A stretch of 34,544 bases of DNA from Planctomycetota bacterium (GCA_038213805.1 JBBQSO010000059.1:1-34544), one strand, 5' to 3'; numbered from the stretch's first letter, positions 1-10,224 are shown. Notes: generated by a model from the letters alone, not told the origin. Translations and numbers: made by a program.

Positions 1-2
1 GC

Positions 3-2432
3 GTGGCGCGCGGCCTCGCCCTCGGCGCCGGCACTGCGCTCGGCGGCGGCGGCGAGCTGGCTGCGCAGGCTCTCGCCGACGCCGCGCAGGCGCGCGAGGT
101 CGCGTTCGAGGTCGCGCACGCGGCCTTCGGCCTGGGCCAGGGCGAAGCCCTGCTTGTCGCGCTCGCTGGCGAGCTGGCCGCTGCGCGCGGCGGACTCCTG
201 GATCTGCGCATGGGCCTTGGCCAGCTCGGCGGTGCTGCGCGCGGATTCGTCGGCGAGGTCCTGCTTGCGACGCGCGAGCGCGGTCAGCGCCTCGCGCACC
301 TGCTGGCCGAGATCGTCGTTGCCGCCCTCGCTGTTCTCGAGGGCGAGGGCGAGGTCGGCGCTGGCGTCGGCCAGGGCGTGGTCGCCGCTCGCGGCGCCCA
401 CCAGGGCGCCGGCCATCTCGCGTTCGGTGCGACGCTTGGCTTCGGCGCGGCTGTTGGCCGCGGCGAGCTCGCCGCGCGCGTTCGCCAGTTCACGCTCCAG
501 CGACATGGCGCGGCTCTGCGCCTGACCGACCTGCGAGGCGAGGCGGCTGCGCTCGTCGTCGAGGCGTTTGAGATCGGCCGCGGTGGGGCCCTTGCCGACC
601 TCACCCTGCAGGCCGGCGACGACCAGCCGGGTGGCCTCGGCCAGGCCGGCGCCGTGGCTCTCGCGCTGGGCGAGGGCGGCGTCGAGCTGGTGGATGGCGC
701 GCGCGAGCGGCTGGTGCTCATCACCGGCCACGCCATCGCCGACCTGCGCGCTGGCAAAGGCGCGCACCTGGTCGGCGAGCTGCTTCTCGCGCTGCTGGGC
801 GGAGCCAAGCTCGTTGCGGGCGATCACCAGATCGCGCTCGAGCACGCCCAGGCGCTGGCGCGCCTCGGTGGCATGCGCTTGCGCCTGGGTGAGATCCTTC
901 TGACCCTGGCTGTGCGCCTGAGCGAGGTCCTTGGCTGCCTGGTCGCGATCCTTGGCGGCCTGGGCGAACTCCTTTTGGAGCTGGGCGTGCGCGGTCTGCC
1001 CGCGACCCTGGTCGCCGCGCAGTCGCTCGACCAGCTGCTGGAGCGTCGCAGTCTGTTCGCCGAGGTGGCGGGCGAGGGCCTCGTGGTCGGTGGCATCGGC
1101 GGGCGCGGCCGGAGCCTCGTCGCCAAGGATGCGGCTGAGCACGTCGATCTGCGCACCGAGCTGCTCGGCGGATTGGCCGCCGCGCAGCTGGCCGACGATA
1201 CCGGCGGCCGCAGCGGCGCGTTCGGCGGTGGGCGCCTGCGCGTCGGCGAGGGAGGCCGGTACGGCGAGGTGGTCGTGGTCGGCGCGCTCACGCACCGCCT
1301 CGAGCAGCTGGGCGCTGGCGAGGCGCTCGGCGTCGAGCTCCTGGTCGATCGCGGCGCGCGCCTCGTCGGCCTGAGAGGCCATCTCACGCAAAGCGGCGAC
1401 GCGCGTGCGCGTGCGCGCCAGCGATGCGGCGATCTCGCGGGTCGCGCCGGTGCTGCCGGCGAGGACCTCGGCGGGCTCGCCGCCGGCGTCGGGGATGGCG
1501 CTGATCTGGGTGGCGCCGGCGGAGACGCCGAGCGCGTCATTGACCGCGAGTTCGAGCTGCTCGGCCTCGGTGCGCATGCCTTCAAGGGCCTCGACCAGGG
1601 CGCTGACCGGCTGGGCCACGTCGGTGGCCTGCAGGCTGCCCTGCTTGAGCTCCTCGATCAGCCTGAGGTCGGCCTCGAGCAGGCCCATGCGCGGATCCTG
1701 CTGCTGCTCCTCGGCCTGCTGCGCCAGCGAGCGCAGGCGCGTGAGGTCGCCCGAAAGCGTGCCGATGACCTGCGCGCCGACGTCGAAGTCGTGGTAGAAC
1801 TGCTCCTCCTCGGCGGCCTCTTCATTGACCGGATTCTCGTCCTGGTGACGCGCGCCGTAGCACTGCGTGTCGAGGCCGAGCACGCCCTCGACCAGCGCGT
1901 TGGAGCGGACCATCTGATTGCGCACCGTGGTGCGCAGGGTCTCTTTCTCGGCGATGGTGCTGGAGAGCAGGGCCATCTTCTCGTTCAACTTGTCGTGCAG
2001 GTCGTAGTTGTCCTGCTGCAGATCCTGGTTGATGTGCTCGGTCTCGACCAGCTTGGCCTTGAGCGCTGCGAGCGCTTCGTCGAGCTCGGCCTGCGAACCC
2101 TGGGCGTTGGAGAGCACGCTCATCGCCTGGTCGAGCTCGCGCTTGACGCGTTCGCGCTCGGTGTCGGCGTCCTGCTCGCGCTTGATGCGGCGGGCCAACT
2201 CGTCCTGAGTCTTCTTGAGGAGGGCTTCCTTCTCCTGGTCGCTGAAGGTGTCGGCCTTGCCGGCGAGGTGCTGCGAGAGCATCGCCTCGATCCATTCCAT
2301 CAGCTTGCGTTCGCTGATGACGCGCAGCTTCTTGCTCTGGCCGCGGGTGCGCACCAGCTCGGCGGCGGTGGTGGTCTCACCGAGGTGCTCAAGCGATTGG
2401 GCGATGTCCGGCAGGTTCTCTTGCGAAGCCAT
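3..2432 (-). CDS. Large coiled-coil hypothetical protein, >=810 aa, 3' end beyond the window start
   Basis: Manual minus-strand translation from ATG at 2432: MASQENLPDIAQSLEHLGETTTAAELVRTRGQSKKLRVISERKLMEWIEAMLSQHLAG... AAGGAG Shine-Dalgarno 7 nt upstream. No stop seen to the window edge. E/Q/A/L/R-rich heptad pattern. The + strand ORF 3..2447 is its antisense shadow. Confidence 0.88.
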   Translation of the reverse strand, partial: MASQENLPDIAQSLEHLGETTTAAELVRTRGQSKKLRVISERKLMEWIEAMLSQHLAGKADTFSDQEKEALLKKTQDELARRIKREQDADTERERVKRELDQAMSVLSNAQGSQAELDEALAALKAKLVETEHINQDLQQDNYDLHDKLNEKMALLSSTIAEKETLRTTVRNQMVRSNALVEGVLGLDTQCYGARHQDENPVNEEAAEEEQFYHDFDVGAQVIGTLSGDLTRLRSLAQQAEEQQQDPRMGLLEADLRLIEELKQGSLQATDVAQPVSALVEALEGMRTEAEQLELAVNDALGVSAGATQISAIPDAGGEPAEVLAGSTGATREIAASLARTRTRVAALREMASQADEARAAIDQELDAERLASAQLLEAVRERADHDHLAVPASLADAQAPTAERAAAAAGIVGQLRGGQSAEQLGAQIDVLSRILGDEAPAAPADATDHEALARHLGEQTATLQQLVERLRGDQGRGQTAHAQLQKEFAQAAKDRDQAAKDLAQAHSQGQKDLTQAQAHATEARQRLGVLERDLVIARNELGSAQQREKQLADQVRAFASAQVGDGVAGDEHQPLARAIHQLDAALAQRESHGAGLAEATRLVVAGLQGEVGKGPTAADLKRLDDERSRLASQVGQAQSRAMSLERELANARGELAAANSRAEAKRRTEREMAGALVGAASGDHALADASADLALALENSEGGNDDLGQQVREALTALARRKQDLADESARSTAELAKAHAQIQESAARSGQLASERDKQGFALAQAEGRVRDLERDLARLRGVGESLRSQLAAAAERSAGAEGEAARH

Positions 2433-2638
2433 GAAGCAACTCCTTGAGGCATCAGGACCTCCAAGTGGAGGTCGGAATGCGGACGAGCATCCGGGCCCGG
2501 CCGGGATCGGCAACGGGCGGGGAGATGTGCGATTCCCCAGGATGGCCGTGGCCGCAAAGAAGGGCAGCGGTGCGCCCGGAGGGGCCGCGCCTGCTTGTGA
2601 TACACGGAAACGTCCTTCCACAGCCTGTTTGCAAAGCA

Positions 2639-2670
2639 CAGCGGCCCCCGGGAGGTCCCGGGGGCCGCTG
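2639..2670 (-). terminator. GC-rich hairpin, probable terminator of ahpC
   Basis: CAGCGGCCCCCGGG-AGGT-CCCGGGGGCCGCTG is a perfect 14-bp stem about 40 nt past the ahpC stop. The U-tract is weak (TGCTTTG). Confidence 0.6.
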
Positions 2671-2711
2671 CTCGCAGGTCGCGAAATCGGCGAGGTGACC
2701 CCGCCGGCTGC

Positions 2712-3302
2712 TTACTTGTTGGCGGACGAGAAGTAGCTCTTCGCGCCCTTGGGGTCGGCCTTCATGGTCGCCTTGCCCTCGGTCCAGTTGGCCGGGCAGA
2801 CCTCGCCGTTTTTGGCGACGAACTGGAAGGCCTTGATGACGCGCAGCGCCTCTTCGACGTTGCGGCCGACCGGCAGGTCATGGACGGTCGCGGCCGAGAC
2901 CACGCCGTCCGGATTGATCAGGAACAGGCCGCGCAGGGCGATGCCGGCGTCCTCGATGAGCACGCCGTAGTCGCGGGCGATCGACTTGTTGAGGTCGGCG
3001 ACCAGCGGGTACCCGAGCTCGCCCAGGCCGCCGTCCTGGCGCTTGGTGTTGCGCCAGGCGAGGTGGGTGAAGTGGCTGTCGACGCTGACGCCGATGATCT
3101 CGGCGCCGATGGCGTGGAAGTCCTTCACGCGGTCGCTGAAGGCGATGATCTCGGTCGGGCAGACGAAGGTGAAGTCGAGCGGGTAGAAGAACAGCGCGAC
3201 CCACTTGCCCTTGTAATCGCTGAGCTTGATGTCCTTGAACGTGCCGTCAGGCATCACGGCGGTGGCCTTGAAGTCAGGGGCCTTCTTCTGGACGAGGGAC
3301 AT
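2712..3302 (-). CDS. ahpC: Typical 2-Cys peroxiredoxin (AhpC/Prx1)
   Basis: [13 protein letters not shown] peroxidatic motif and VCPANW resolving motif. Start MSLVQKK at 3302 with GGAG SD. Confidence 0.95.
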   Translation of the reverse strand: MSLVQKKAPDFKATAVMPDGTFKDIKLSDYKGKWVALFFYPLDFTFVCPTEIIAFSDRVKDFHAIGAEIIGVSVDSHFTHLAWRNTKRQDGGLGELGYPLVADLNKSIARDYGVLIEDAGIALRGLFLINPDGVVSAATVHDLPVGRNVEEALRVIKAFQFVAKNGEVCPANWTEGKATMKADPKGAKSYFSSANK

Positions 3303-3435
3303 GGCGTTCTCCGGTGGGAGTGGTGGCTTGGATTGGGGATCGGACAGCCGTCCGACCGCACGGGCATGGTCGACCGGGCGGGTGGCTGTCAACGGGTGAG
3401 AATCGGGAGGTCAGGCAGGGGGGCGGGCAACGCGC

Positions 3436-6267
3436 TCAGGGTGCCGCGATTTCATACAGCATCCGCGCCCCATCCTTGCCCGCCACGTCGAGGGTCACCG
3501 TCAGACCGTCGGCGTCGCTGGTCGCGGGTAGGCGTTCCAGGCGCCGGCCGCCGGCGGACAACGCCCATACGGCGAGCTCGCCAGGCGCGGCGCGTGCCAG
3601 ACGGATCGTGACGCTGCCGGCGGCGACCAGGTGCGGCAGCGTGCCGAAGGCCAGCAGGGTGGTGCGGGCGCGCTCAGCGAAGCGCGCGCCGCTGTCCTGC
3701 AGGTCGGTCAGGTGGGTGACGAGCAGGCGCCGGCTCTGGCGCAGAGGCTGACCGTCGAGGGTCGAGACCAGCACCGTCGCGGGCACGCTTGCGGCGCTCA
3801 CGCGCAGGCCGGCGACGGCGGCGTCGAGGGTCGCTCCTGGGACGATGAAGCCGCCGGCGCTGCGCGGCGCGTCGACCAGCATGGTGCCGTGCGGCCCGTC
3901 GATGAGCAGCTGGCCGGTCTCGGCGGCGAGCACGCCCTGGGCCGGTGCGGTGACGTTGGCGGCGGGCAGCAGGTGTGCGGTGCGCAGCAGGCCGAGCAGG
4001 GCGTCGTCGCCGATGGTCAGCGCGGTGTTGGCTGCCGTCGGCGCGTCCTGCCGGCCAATGCCCAGCGGTAGCACCAGGCGCTCGCCGTCGCGGTGCGCCG
4101 CGCCCGGGACGGTGGCGACCACGCGCGTGCTGATGCGCGTCACCCAGGCGGCCCAATCCCACGGGCGGTCGGTGAACGGCACGCTGCGTGGCTCGGCCAG
4201 CTCGCCTTCGCCCATGGCGATGGCGATGCCATGCGGCGCGGCCGTCAGGTCGCCGCGCAGGAACAGGCACAGCGCCATGCGGTCGGCGGCCTGGTTGAGC
4301 GGATCGCAGACCAGGTTGAAGTAGGAGAGCGGCGCCGGCGAGGTCAGCGACGCGGCGTCGTGGCTGTAGGCGAAGCGCCACATCCCGTCCCAGTCCTGCA
4401 GCGCGCCGAGCGCCCCGGCGAGCATGCCGCCCAGGCCGCGGTTGGGCGAAGGCGCGACGTAGTTGAACTCGGTGACCGTCATCGGCTTGCCGTCCAGACG
4501 CACGAAGGCGTTGGCGCGTCCACCGGTGCGGCCGCTGCGCACCGGGTCGGCGTCGGGGCTGCGGCTCGGCGGCTGCCAGCCGGCGGCGAGAAATTCCGGG
4601 TGGTCGATGTAGTAGTGGTCGTCGACGAAGTCGAAGTCGGTGCGCGTGCCCTGCGCCAGCACGCGATTGTACCACGAGCTGCAGTTGGTCAGCAGCGCCG
4701 CGCACTTCAGTTCGTCGCGCAGGAAGGCGCGCATGCGCCGGAACATGTCGCGCTCGGTGGCGGCAAGGAAGCGCTGCAGGTCGCGGCTGCGCGGCGTGTC
4801 GGCGCCCGCGTCCGCGGGCAGGGCGAGACCACCGGGCGCGGCGGGGTCCTCGTCGGCGTGCAGCTCGGCGCCCCAGGCCGCGGCCAACGCGGCGCGGTCA
4901 CCATAGTGCGCGCGCGCCCAGCCAGCGAAGGCGGTGCGCCATTCCGGGATCGCCCGCATGTCGCCATAGTAATTCTCGAAATTGCCCTCGTTGATCATCG
5001 CCAGCCAGGCCAGCGCCGGTTCGTCGGCCCAGCGCCGGCCGGTGTAGGGGTTGCGGTGGTCGAGCAGCACGCGCGCGAAGCCCTGCCAGTCGGCGAAGGC
5101 GGCGGGCACCACCGGCACCAGCACCTTGAAGTTGACCGGTCGGTCGGCGGCAAGACCGAGCTGCGCGGCCGAAATCGGGCGCGAGACGAACAGGTCGGTG
5201 GTCAGGTACATGCCGCGCTTCACGCACGCCGCGACCAGGTAGTCGAGCTGGTCGAACTTCTCGGCGAGGGGCGCCCCGCCCGCCTTCCCGCCGAGCAGCT
5301 CGCCCTCGTAATGATGGATGCGCACCGCGTTGTAGCCGAGCCGCACCAGCCGCTCCACCAGCCGGTCGGCGTCGGCGTGCGCCAGGTACTGCGCGCCGAA
5401 GCAGAGGTTGACGCCGTAGAAGCGCTGTGCGCGCTGCGGGTTGTCCGTGAAGGCGAAGTGGCCAGCCGGGGTCGCGATCACGCGGCCGTGCTTGCCCGCA
5501 GGCGCGTCCTGGAAACCCTGGTCGGAGAGGTCGAGGGCCGAGCCAGGGACGATGTCCAGCTCGTCGTGGAAGGGGATCCAGCCGGGGCCCGCCGCCAGGG
5601 TCACCGGGCCGTCGAGGATGGTCTCCGCCGGGGTCTCGATGGTCACTGCGAAAGCGCGCTTCTCGCCGGCGCCGAGCTTGGCGTCGAGTCCAAAGCGCAG
5701 GCTGAAGGTCTGGCCCCACCTGCGATCGTCCTGCAGGCCAACCGAAACGGGTGCGGGACAGGCGAAGCCCAGGGTGCGGCCGTCGCGCGTGGTGATGGTG
5801 ACGTGGCGCACGGCGCCGCCAAAAAGTTGCTGCTCACCGAGGGTGGGCGGAAAGGCGCCGTGATGGTCATCGGCCGCCCAGGTCCCGCCGATGAGGTCTG
5901 CGGCGGCGAATTCAGCGCTGACATGCAGGCTGTTGAGTGCGACCGGCCGCGTCGCGGTGAAGCGCCAATGCGCAGTCAGGCGCTGCGCGCCGCTGCTGGC
6001 GACTTCAGACTCGCCGGCGAGGGCGCCGCCGCCCGCAGTGATGCTGAAGTGCGCCGGACCTGCGCCTGGTGCGCCGGCGACGGCGGGTCCGGCGTAGGTC
6101 CAGGCCTGGTCGAAGGCGCCTGGGCGCAGGCTGCAATAGGGCTGTCCGGCATGGGTCAGCCTCAGGACGCCGTCGGGCCCGCCCAGCGCCAGGTCGGGCT
6201 CGGCCGCCAAGGCGGTGCCGGCGGTGAACAGGAAGAGCATCAGCGTGGCGAGGTGACGGTGGGGCAT
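3436..6267 (-). CDS. Secreted multidomain glycoside hydrolase (clan GH-A-like), ~943 aa
   Basis: Signal peptide MPHRHLATLMLFLFTAGTALA. Motifs YGVNL, GYNAVRIHH, NPYTG..WADEPAL..INEG (acid/base Glu) and VTEFN (nucleophile Glu). Family assignment is uncertain. Confidence 0.75.
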   Translation of the reverse strand: MPHRHLATLMLFLFTAGTALAAEPDLALGGPDGVLRLTHAGQPYCSLRPGAFDQAWTYAGPAVAGAPGAGPAHFSITAGGGALAGESEVASSGAQRLTAHWRFTATRPVALNSLHVSAEFAAADLIGGTWAADDHHGAFPPTLGEQQLFGGAVRHVTITTRDGRTLGFACPAPVSVGLQDDRRWGQTFSLRFGLDAKLGAGEKRAFAVTIETPAETILDGPVTLAAGPGWIPFHDELDIVPGSALDLSDQGFQDAPAGKHGRVIATPAGHFAFTDNPQRAQRFYGVNLCFGAQYLAHADADRLVERLVRLGYNAVRIHHYEGELLGGKAGGAPLAEKFDQLDYLVAACVKRGMYLTTDLFVSRPISAAQLGLAADRPVNFKVLVPVVPAAFADWQGFARVLLDHRNPYTGRRWADEPALAWLAMINEGNFENYYGDMRAIPEWRTAFAGWARAHYGDRAALAAAWGAELHADEDPAAPGGLALPADAGADTPRSRDLQRFLAATERDMFRRMRAFLRDELKCAALLTNCSSWYNRVLAQGTRTDFDFVDDHYYIDHPEFLAAGWQPPSRSPDADPVRSGRTGGRANAFVRLDGKPMTVTEFNYVAPSPNRGLGGMLAGALGALQDWDGMWRFAYSHDAASLTSPAPLSYFNLVCDPLNQAADRMALCLFLRGDLTAAPHGIAIAMGEGELAEPRSVPFTDRPWDWAAWVTRISTRVVATVPGAAHRDGERLVLPLGIGRQDAPTAANTALTIGDDALLGLLRTAHLLPAANVTAPAQGVLAAETGQLLIDGPHGTMLVDAPRSAGGFIVPGATLDAAVAGLRVSAASVPATVLVSTLDGQPLRQSRRLLVTHLTDLQDSGARFAERARTTLLAFGTLPHLVAAGSVTIRLARAAPGELAVWALSAGGRRLERLPATSDADGLTVTLDVAGKDGARMLYEIAAP

Positions 6268-6440
6268 GGGCGGGGAGCAGGGGTTAGAGGGGAGGACGTT
6301 GGAAGTGCAGCAGGGGAGCGGAGGGGGCATCAGGTGCGAGGGTCGGCGATAGGAAGGTTCGCCGCTTGCGCCGTCCGCGGCAAGCGCTCGCCCTTTGCGG
6401 TCGCCAGGTCCAGGCGCTAGAACGTGGGTCGGGAGGCCGC

Positions 6441-7637
6441 ATGCAGATCCTGGTGGTCGACGATGATGCGGTGTCGCTGCGCCTGCTCGTCGCCCTGGTG
6501 GAACGGCTTGGCCACCAGGCGGTGACCGCCAGCGACGGCGACGCCGCCTGGCAGTCCTTCGTGTCCGGTGGCTGCCGGGTGGTGATCAGCGATTGGACCA
6601 TGCCCGGCATGGAGGGCATCGACCTGCTGCGCCGCATCCGCGCCCGGAACGACATCGCCTACACCTATTTCATCATGCTCACCGCGCGCAGCGACCGCGC
6701 CGACCACACCGCGGGCATGGCGGCCGGCGCCGACGACTTCCTGGTCAAGCCGGTGCGCCGCGACGAGCTCGCCATCCGCCTGCGCGTGGCCGAGCGTATC
6801 GTCGGCCTGCAGGAGGAGCTCGCGCGCCGCCTCCGCGAGCTGAGCGCCGCCAACGAGCGCATGCAGCGCGATATCGCCGCCGCGGTCAAGGTCCAGGAGG
6901 CGCTGCTGCCCACCGTCCTGCCGGTGGTCCCGGGACTGGCCTGTGCCTGGCGCTTCAACCCGTGCGAGCAACTCGGCGGCGACACCCTCAACCTCTTCCG
7001 CCTCGACGAGCAGCACCTCGGTTTCTTCATCCTCGACGTCAGCGGACATGGCGTGCCCTCGGCGTTGCTCGCGGTGCAGGTCAGCCGCTTCCTGTCGCCG
7101 CTGATCATGCCGGGTGCGCTGCTCAAGACCGCGCAGGCTGCCGCGCCGGGCTACCGGCTGACCCCTCCACTGGAGGTGCTGCGCCAGCTCAATGGGCTGT
7201 TCCCCATGCAGGGGGGCAATCTCCAGTACTTCACCATCATCCTCGGTCACTACCACCTGCCCAGCCACCGCGTCACGCTGGTGTCGGCCGGGCATCCCGG
7301 GCCGGTGCTGGTGCGCCGTGGCGGGCGCGTCGAGATCCCGGTGGTAGCGGGCGACCCGGTCGGCTTTTACCCGACGGAAACCGCGGTGTTCGCCGAGCTT
7401 GAGGTGCGCCTGGAACCCGGCGACCGCATCTATCTGTACAGTGACGGTGTGGTCGAGACTGACGATGGCCAGGGTGCGCTGCTCGGCACCGCGCGCATCG
7501 GCGCTGCGCTGTCAACGGCGATGGATGCCACACTCGAAGCGAGCCTGGACGCGCTCGGCACGTTGCAGGCCAGCTGGCGACAGCAGCGCCCGGCGAGCGA
7601 CGATGTCACCATCCTGGCTATGGAGCGCGAACTTTAG
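6441..7637 (+). CDS. Response regulator receiver fused to PP2C/SpoIIE (RsbU-like) phosphatase
   Basis: REC motifs ILVVDDD, ISDWTMPG, FLVKP; coiled linker; PP2C motifs GGD, DVSGHG, YSDG, DDVT. GGAGG SD before ATG 6441. Confidence 0.92.
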   Translation: MQILVVDDDAVSLRLLVALVERLGHQAVTASDGDAAWQSFVSGGCRVVISDWTMPGMEGIDLLRRIRARNDIAYTYFIMLTARSDRADHTAGMAAGADDFLVKPVRRDELAIRLRVAERIVGLQEELARRLRELSAANERMQRDIAAAVKVQEALLPTVLPVVPGLACAWRFNPCEQLGGDTLNLFRLDEQHLGFFILDVSGHGVPSALLAVQVSRFLSPLIMPGALLKTAQAAAPGYRLTPPLEVLRQLNGLFPMQGGNLQYFTIILGHYHLPSHRVTLVSAGHPGPVLVRRGGRVEIPVVAGDPVGFYPTETAVFAELEVRLEPGDRIYLYSDGVVETDDGQGALLGTARIGAALSTAMDATLEASLDALGTLQASWRQQRPASDDVTILAMEREL

Positions 7638-7850
7638 CGGGCGCAGGGTCGCGCACCCGCTAGCTTTCCGCCTCGCCACGCGGCACCGAGGCCTGCCAGG
7701 CTTCTACGCCGGCGGGTTTCCCAGACAGTGCTGCAGGGTCGGGTCGTCACATCATTTAGGCGCGCCGCCCGGGACGCGCATCGCCCAGCCGCCGACGAGG
7801 ACACCCAACCCAGGGTGGACAGCCCGCGGCGCTTCCAATACTGCCCGCCC

Positions 7851-9134
7851 ATGCGACCGCTCCTGTGGCCAGCCCTGCTCGTGACCATCCTTACCGGGAT
7901 GGGTTTCGCTGGCCTGAAATTCGTGCTGATCGGCGAAATCGCCCTGGATTTCGATCGCGCGAATCCGCCGCATATGGCCTATGCCTGGATGGATCAGATC
8001 CTGCACAACGCCATCCGGCTCGATATCGTCGACGAGGCCATCACCCAGGGCTTGGCGGCGGTGCTCACCTCAGGCGTGCTGGTCGGCTTCCTGATCAATT
8101 CGCCGCTCGCCGGCGCGTGGCGCGTGAGCCGGCTGTTCGTGATCTCTTCCGCGCTGGTCGCGGTCGGGACCCTGTTGACCCTGCGCTTTAATCCGTGGCT
8201 GATCGCCTGGCTGGTCGGCATCGCCTATGGCACCGCCTGCGCCGCGCGCGGCAAGGCCGTGCCGCTGCTCGCCGCGGCCACCGGGCGGTCGAACACCGCG
8301 GTCAGCGGTTTGATCAACGCCTCGCTGGTGATCAGCCTGCTCCTCGGCACTTTTTGCGGGATGCAGCTGCACGCCAATCTTCATGAGAAGTGGCAGCGCC
8401 ACGCCGTGCTGTTCGTCTTCATGGTGATCGCGACGCTGATCAGCTTCAAGGTCGACCCTCCCGAGCCCAAGCCCATCCCGTTCACCACCGGCATGCGCGA
8501 CCTGCTGCGCGGCACCACCACCATGTTCCGCGGTTACTGGGCCCTGCTGGTCGGCGGCGGGCTGGCGTGGGGCGTGGCCTCGGCTGCGGTCCTCGCCTCC
8601 TTCATCGACGCGATCACGCGCCTCAACCTCAAACCCGAGAAGGCCGTGTTCCTGGTCATCTTCCCGATGGTCGGGGCCATCCTCGGCAACCTCGCTTCAC
8701 ACCGGATGGAGCGGCGGCGCTGGGTCATCCTCGGCTACCTCGGCCTGGCCGCGTGCATCTACTTCTTCCAGTTCGTCGTCCAGGGCATGTTCACCGGCGC
8801 CATCATGATGCTGGTGATCGGCTTCTGCTTCGCCGCGCCGACCAACGTCCTTGATGCGCGCCTGCTTGCCGCGGCGGCCGCCGAGGGCCAGCCCGGCCTT
8901 GGCTCGACGGTGATGAGCCTGATCCACAACTGCTTCATCCTGCTCATTGGCTCAGGACTGTCCTTGGCGCTGTTCCTCGGGGTGATGACGGCTGCGGAGC
9001 AGTTCACCTCGCTCGCCGCGGTCTGCGTGCTGATCTGCGTGGTCGTGCTGAAGACCCAGATCAAGGATCGCGTCACCCCCGGCACCACCACGCTGGTCAA
9101 GCGCCAGGCGGCAGGGGTGCCCGAAGGGGCCTGA
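7851..9134 (+). CDS. MFS transporter (possibly lysophospholipid transporter LplT-like)
   Basis: About 12 hydrophobic segments in two halves joined by a hydrophilic loop (KVDPPEPKPIPF). Substrate is inferred only weakly. Confidence 0.75.
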   Translation: MRPLLWPALLVTILTGMGFAGLKFVLIGEIALDFDRANPPHMAYAWMDQILHNAIRLDIVDEAITQGLAAVLTSGVLVGFLINSPLAGAWRVSRLFVISSALVAVGTLLTLRFNPWLIAWLVGIAYGTACAARGKAVPLLAAATGRSNTAVSGLINASLVISLLLGTFCGMQLHANLHEKWQRHAVLFVFMVIATLISFKVDPPEPKPIPFTTGMRDLLRGTTTMFRGYWALLVGGGLAWGVASAAVLASFIDAITRLNLKPEKAVFLVIFPMVGAILGNLASHRMERRRWVILGYLGLAACIYFFQFVVQGMFTGAIMMLVIGFCFAAPTNVLDARLLAAAAAEGQPGLGSTVMSLIHNCFILLIGSGLSLALFLGVMTAAEQFTSLAAVCVLICVVVLKTQIKDRVTPGTTTLVKRQAAGVPEGA

Positions 9135-9234
9135 GGCGATCGCGCGGCCGTTTTGCCCTTTGCCGGCCGCACCGGCCTGCACGATCCCGGGCCCCCCGCC
9201 GGCCGCCGCCAGCCGGACTTCCCCCGGAATCCCG

Positions 9235-10224
9235 ATGCTCCATGAACTCACCGTCCCCGCCGACGCCAAGGGCACCCGCCTGGACGTCTGGCTGGAGTCC
9301 GCCCTGGACGGCTGCACGCGCAGCCTGATCGCGCGCCTGATCCGCGAGGGCCGCTGCAGCGTCGTGCCGGGCAAGGTCAAGGCCGGCCTGTTCCTGGCCG
9401 GGGGCGAGCAGGTCACCCTCGAGGTGCCCGAGATAGAACCCATGGAAGCGGTGGCGGAAGACATCCCGCTGACCGTCCTGCATGAGGATGAGCACATCAT
9501 CGTCATCGACAAGGCGCCGGGCATGGTCGTGCACCCGGCCATCGGCCACCACCGCGGCACCCTGGTCAACGCGCTGCTCGGACGCTATGGCCACCACCTG
9601 CCGCGCGTCGAGGCCGCCGGCGACGAGGAGGACGACGACGCCCCCACCGCTTGGCGCCCGGGCCTGGTCCACCGACTCGACCGCGACACCAGCGGCCTGA
9701 TCGTGGTGGCGCGAACCACCGCCGCGCTGACCTTCCTGCAGGACGCCTTCAAGGCACGGAACGTCCACAAGCGCTACTTCGCGCTGGTCGCGGGGCAGCC
9801 GCGCGCGGACTTCCTTGAGCACGACGGATGGCTCGGCCGCCATCCCAAGGACTTCCGCAAGCGCGCGGTCTTCCCCGCCGACGCCACCGGCGCCAAGGAG
9901 GCCTACACCAGCGTGGTGGTGCACGCCCGCAAGGACGGCTTCAGCATCGTCGAAGCCCGCCCGCGCACCGGCCGCACCCACCAGATCCGCGTCCACCTCG
10001 CGGCCCTCGGTCACGCCGTGCTCGCCGACGGCACCTACGGCCGCTACCGCCAGTGGCCGCTGAACGCGAAGCCCGATGAACCGGCGCTGCGTCGCCAGGC
10101 CCTGCACGCCTGGACGCTCGACATCCCGCATCCGGCCGGCGGCCGCCGCCAGTTCATGGCACCGATTCCGGACGACCTGGCGCGCCTCGCCGGCACCGGC
10201 TACAAGCCCAAGCCGACGACCTGA
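9235..10224 (+). CDS. rluD: RluA-family 23S rRNA pseudouridine synthase with S4 domain (RluD-like)
   Basis: RLD S4 start, DKAPGMVVHP, GTLVNALL, RPGLVHRLDRDTSG, TGRTHQIRVH, RQALHA. Confidence 0.9.
   Translation: MLHELTVPADAKGTRLDVWLESALDGCTRSLIARLIREGRCSVVPGKVKAGLFLAGGEQVTLEVPEIEPMEAVAEDIPLTVLHEDEHIIVIDKAPGMVVHPAIGHHRGTLVNALLGRYGHHLPRVEAAGDEEDDDAPTAWRPGLVHRLDRDTSGLIVVARTTAALTFLQDAFKARNVHKRYFALVAGQPRADFLEHDGWLGRHPKDFRKRAVFPADATGAKEAYTSVVVHARKDGFSIVEARPRTGRTHQIRVHLAALGHAVLADGTYGRYRQWPLNAKPDEPALRRQALHAWTLDIPHPAGGRRQFMAPIPDDLARLAGTGYKPKPTT

Noticed and set aside
3..2447. 814-aa + strand ORF
   Set aside because: Antisense shadow in the same codon register as the real minus-strand gene. It has G/L/A/V-biased composition and the SD is on the other strand.
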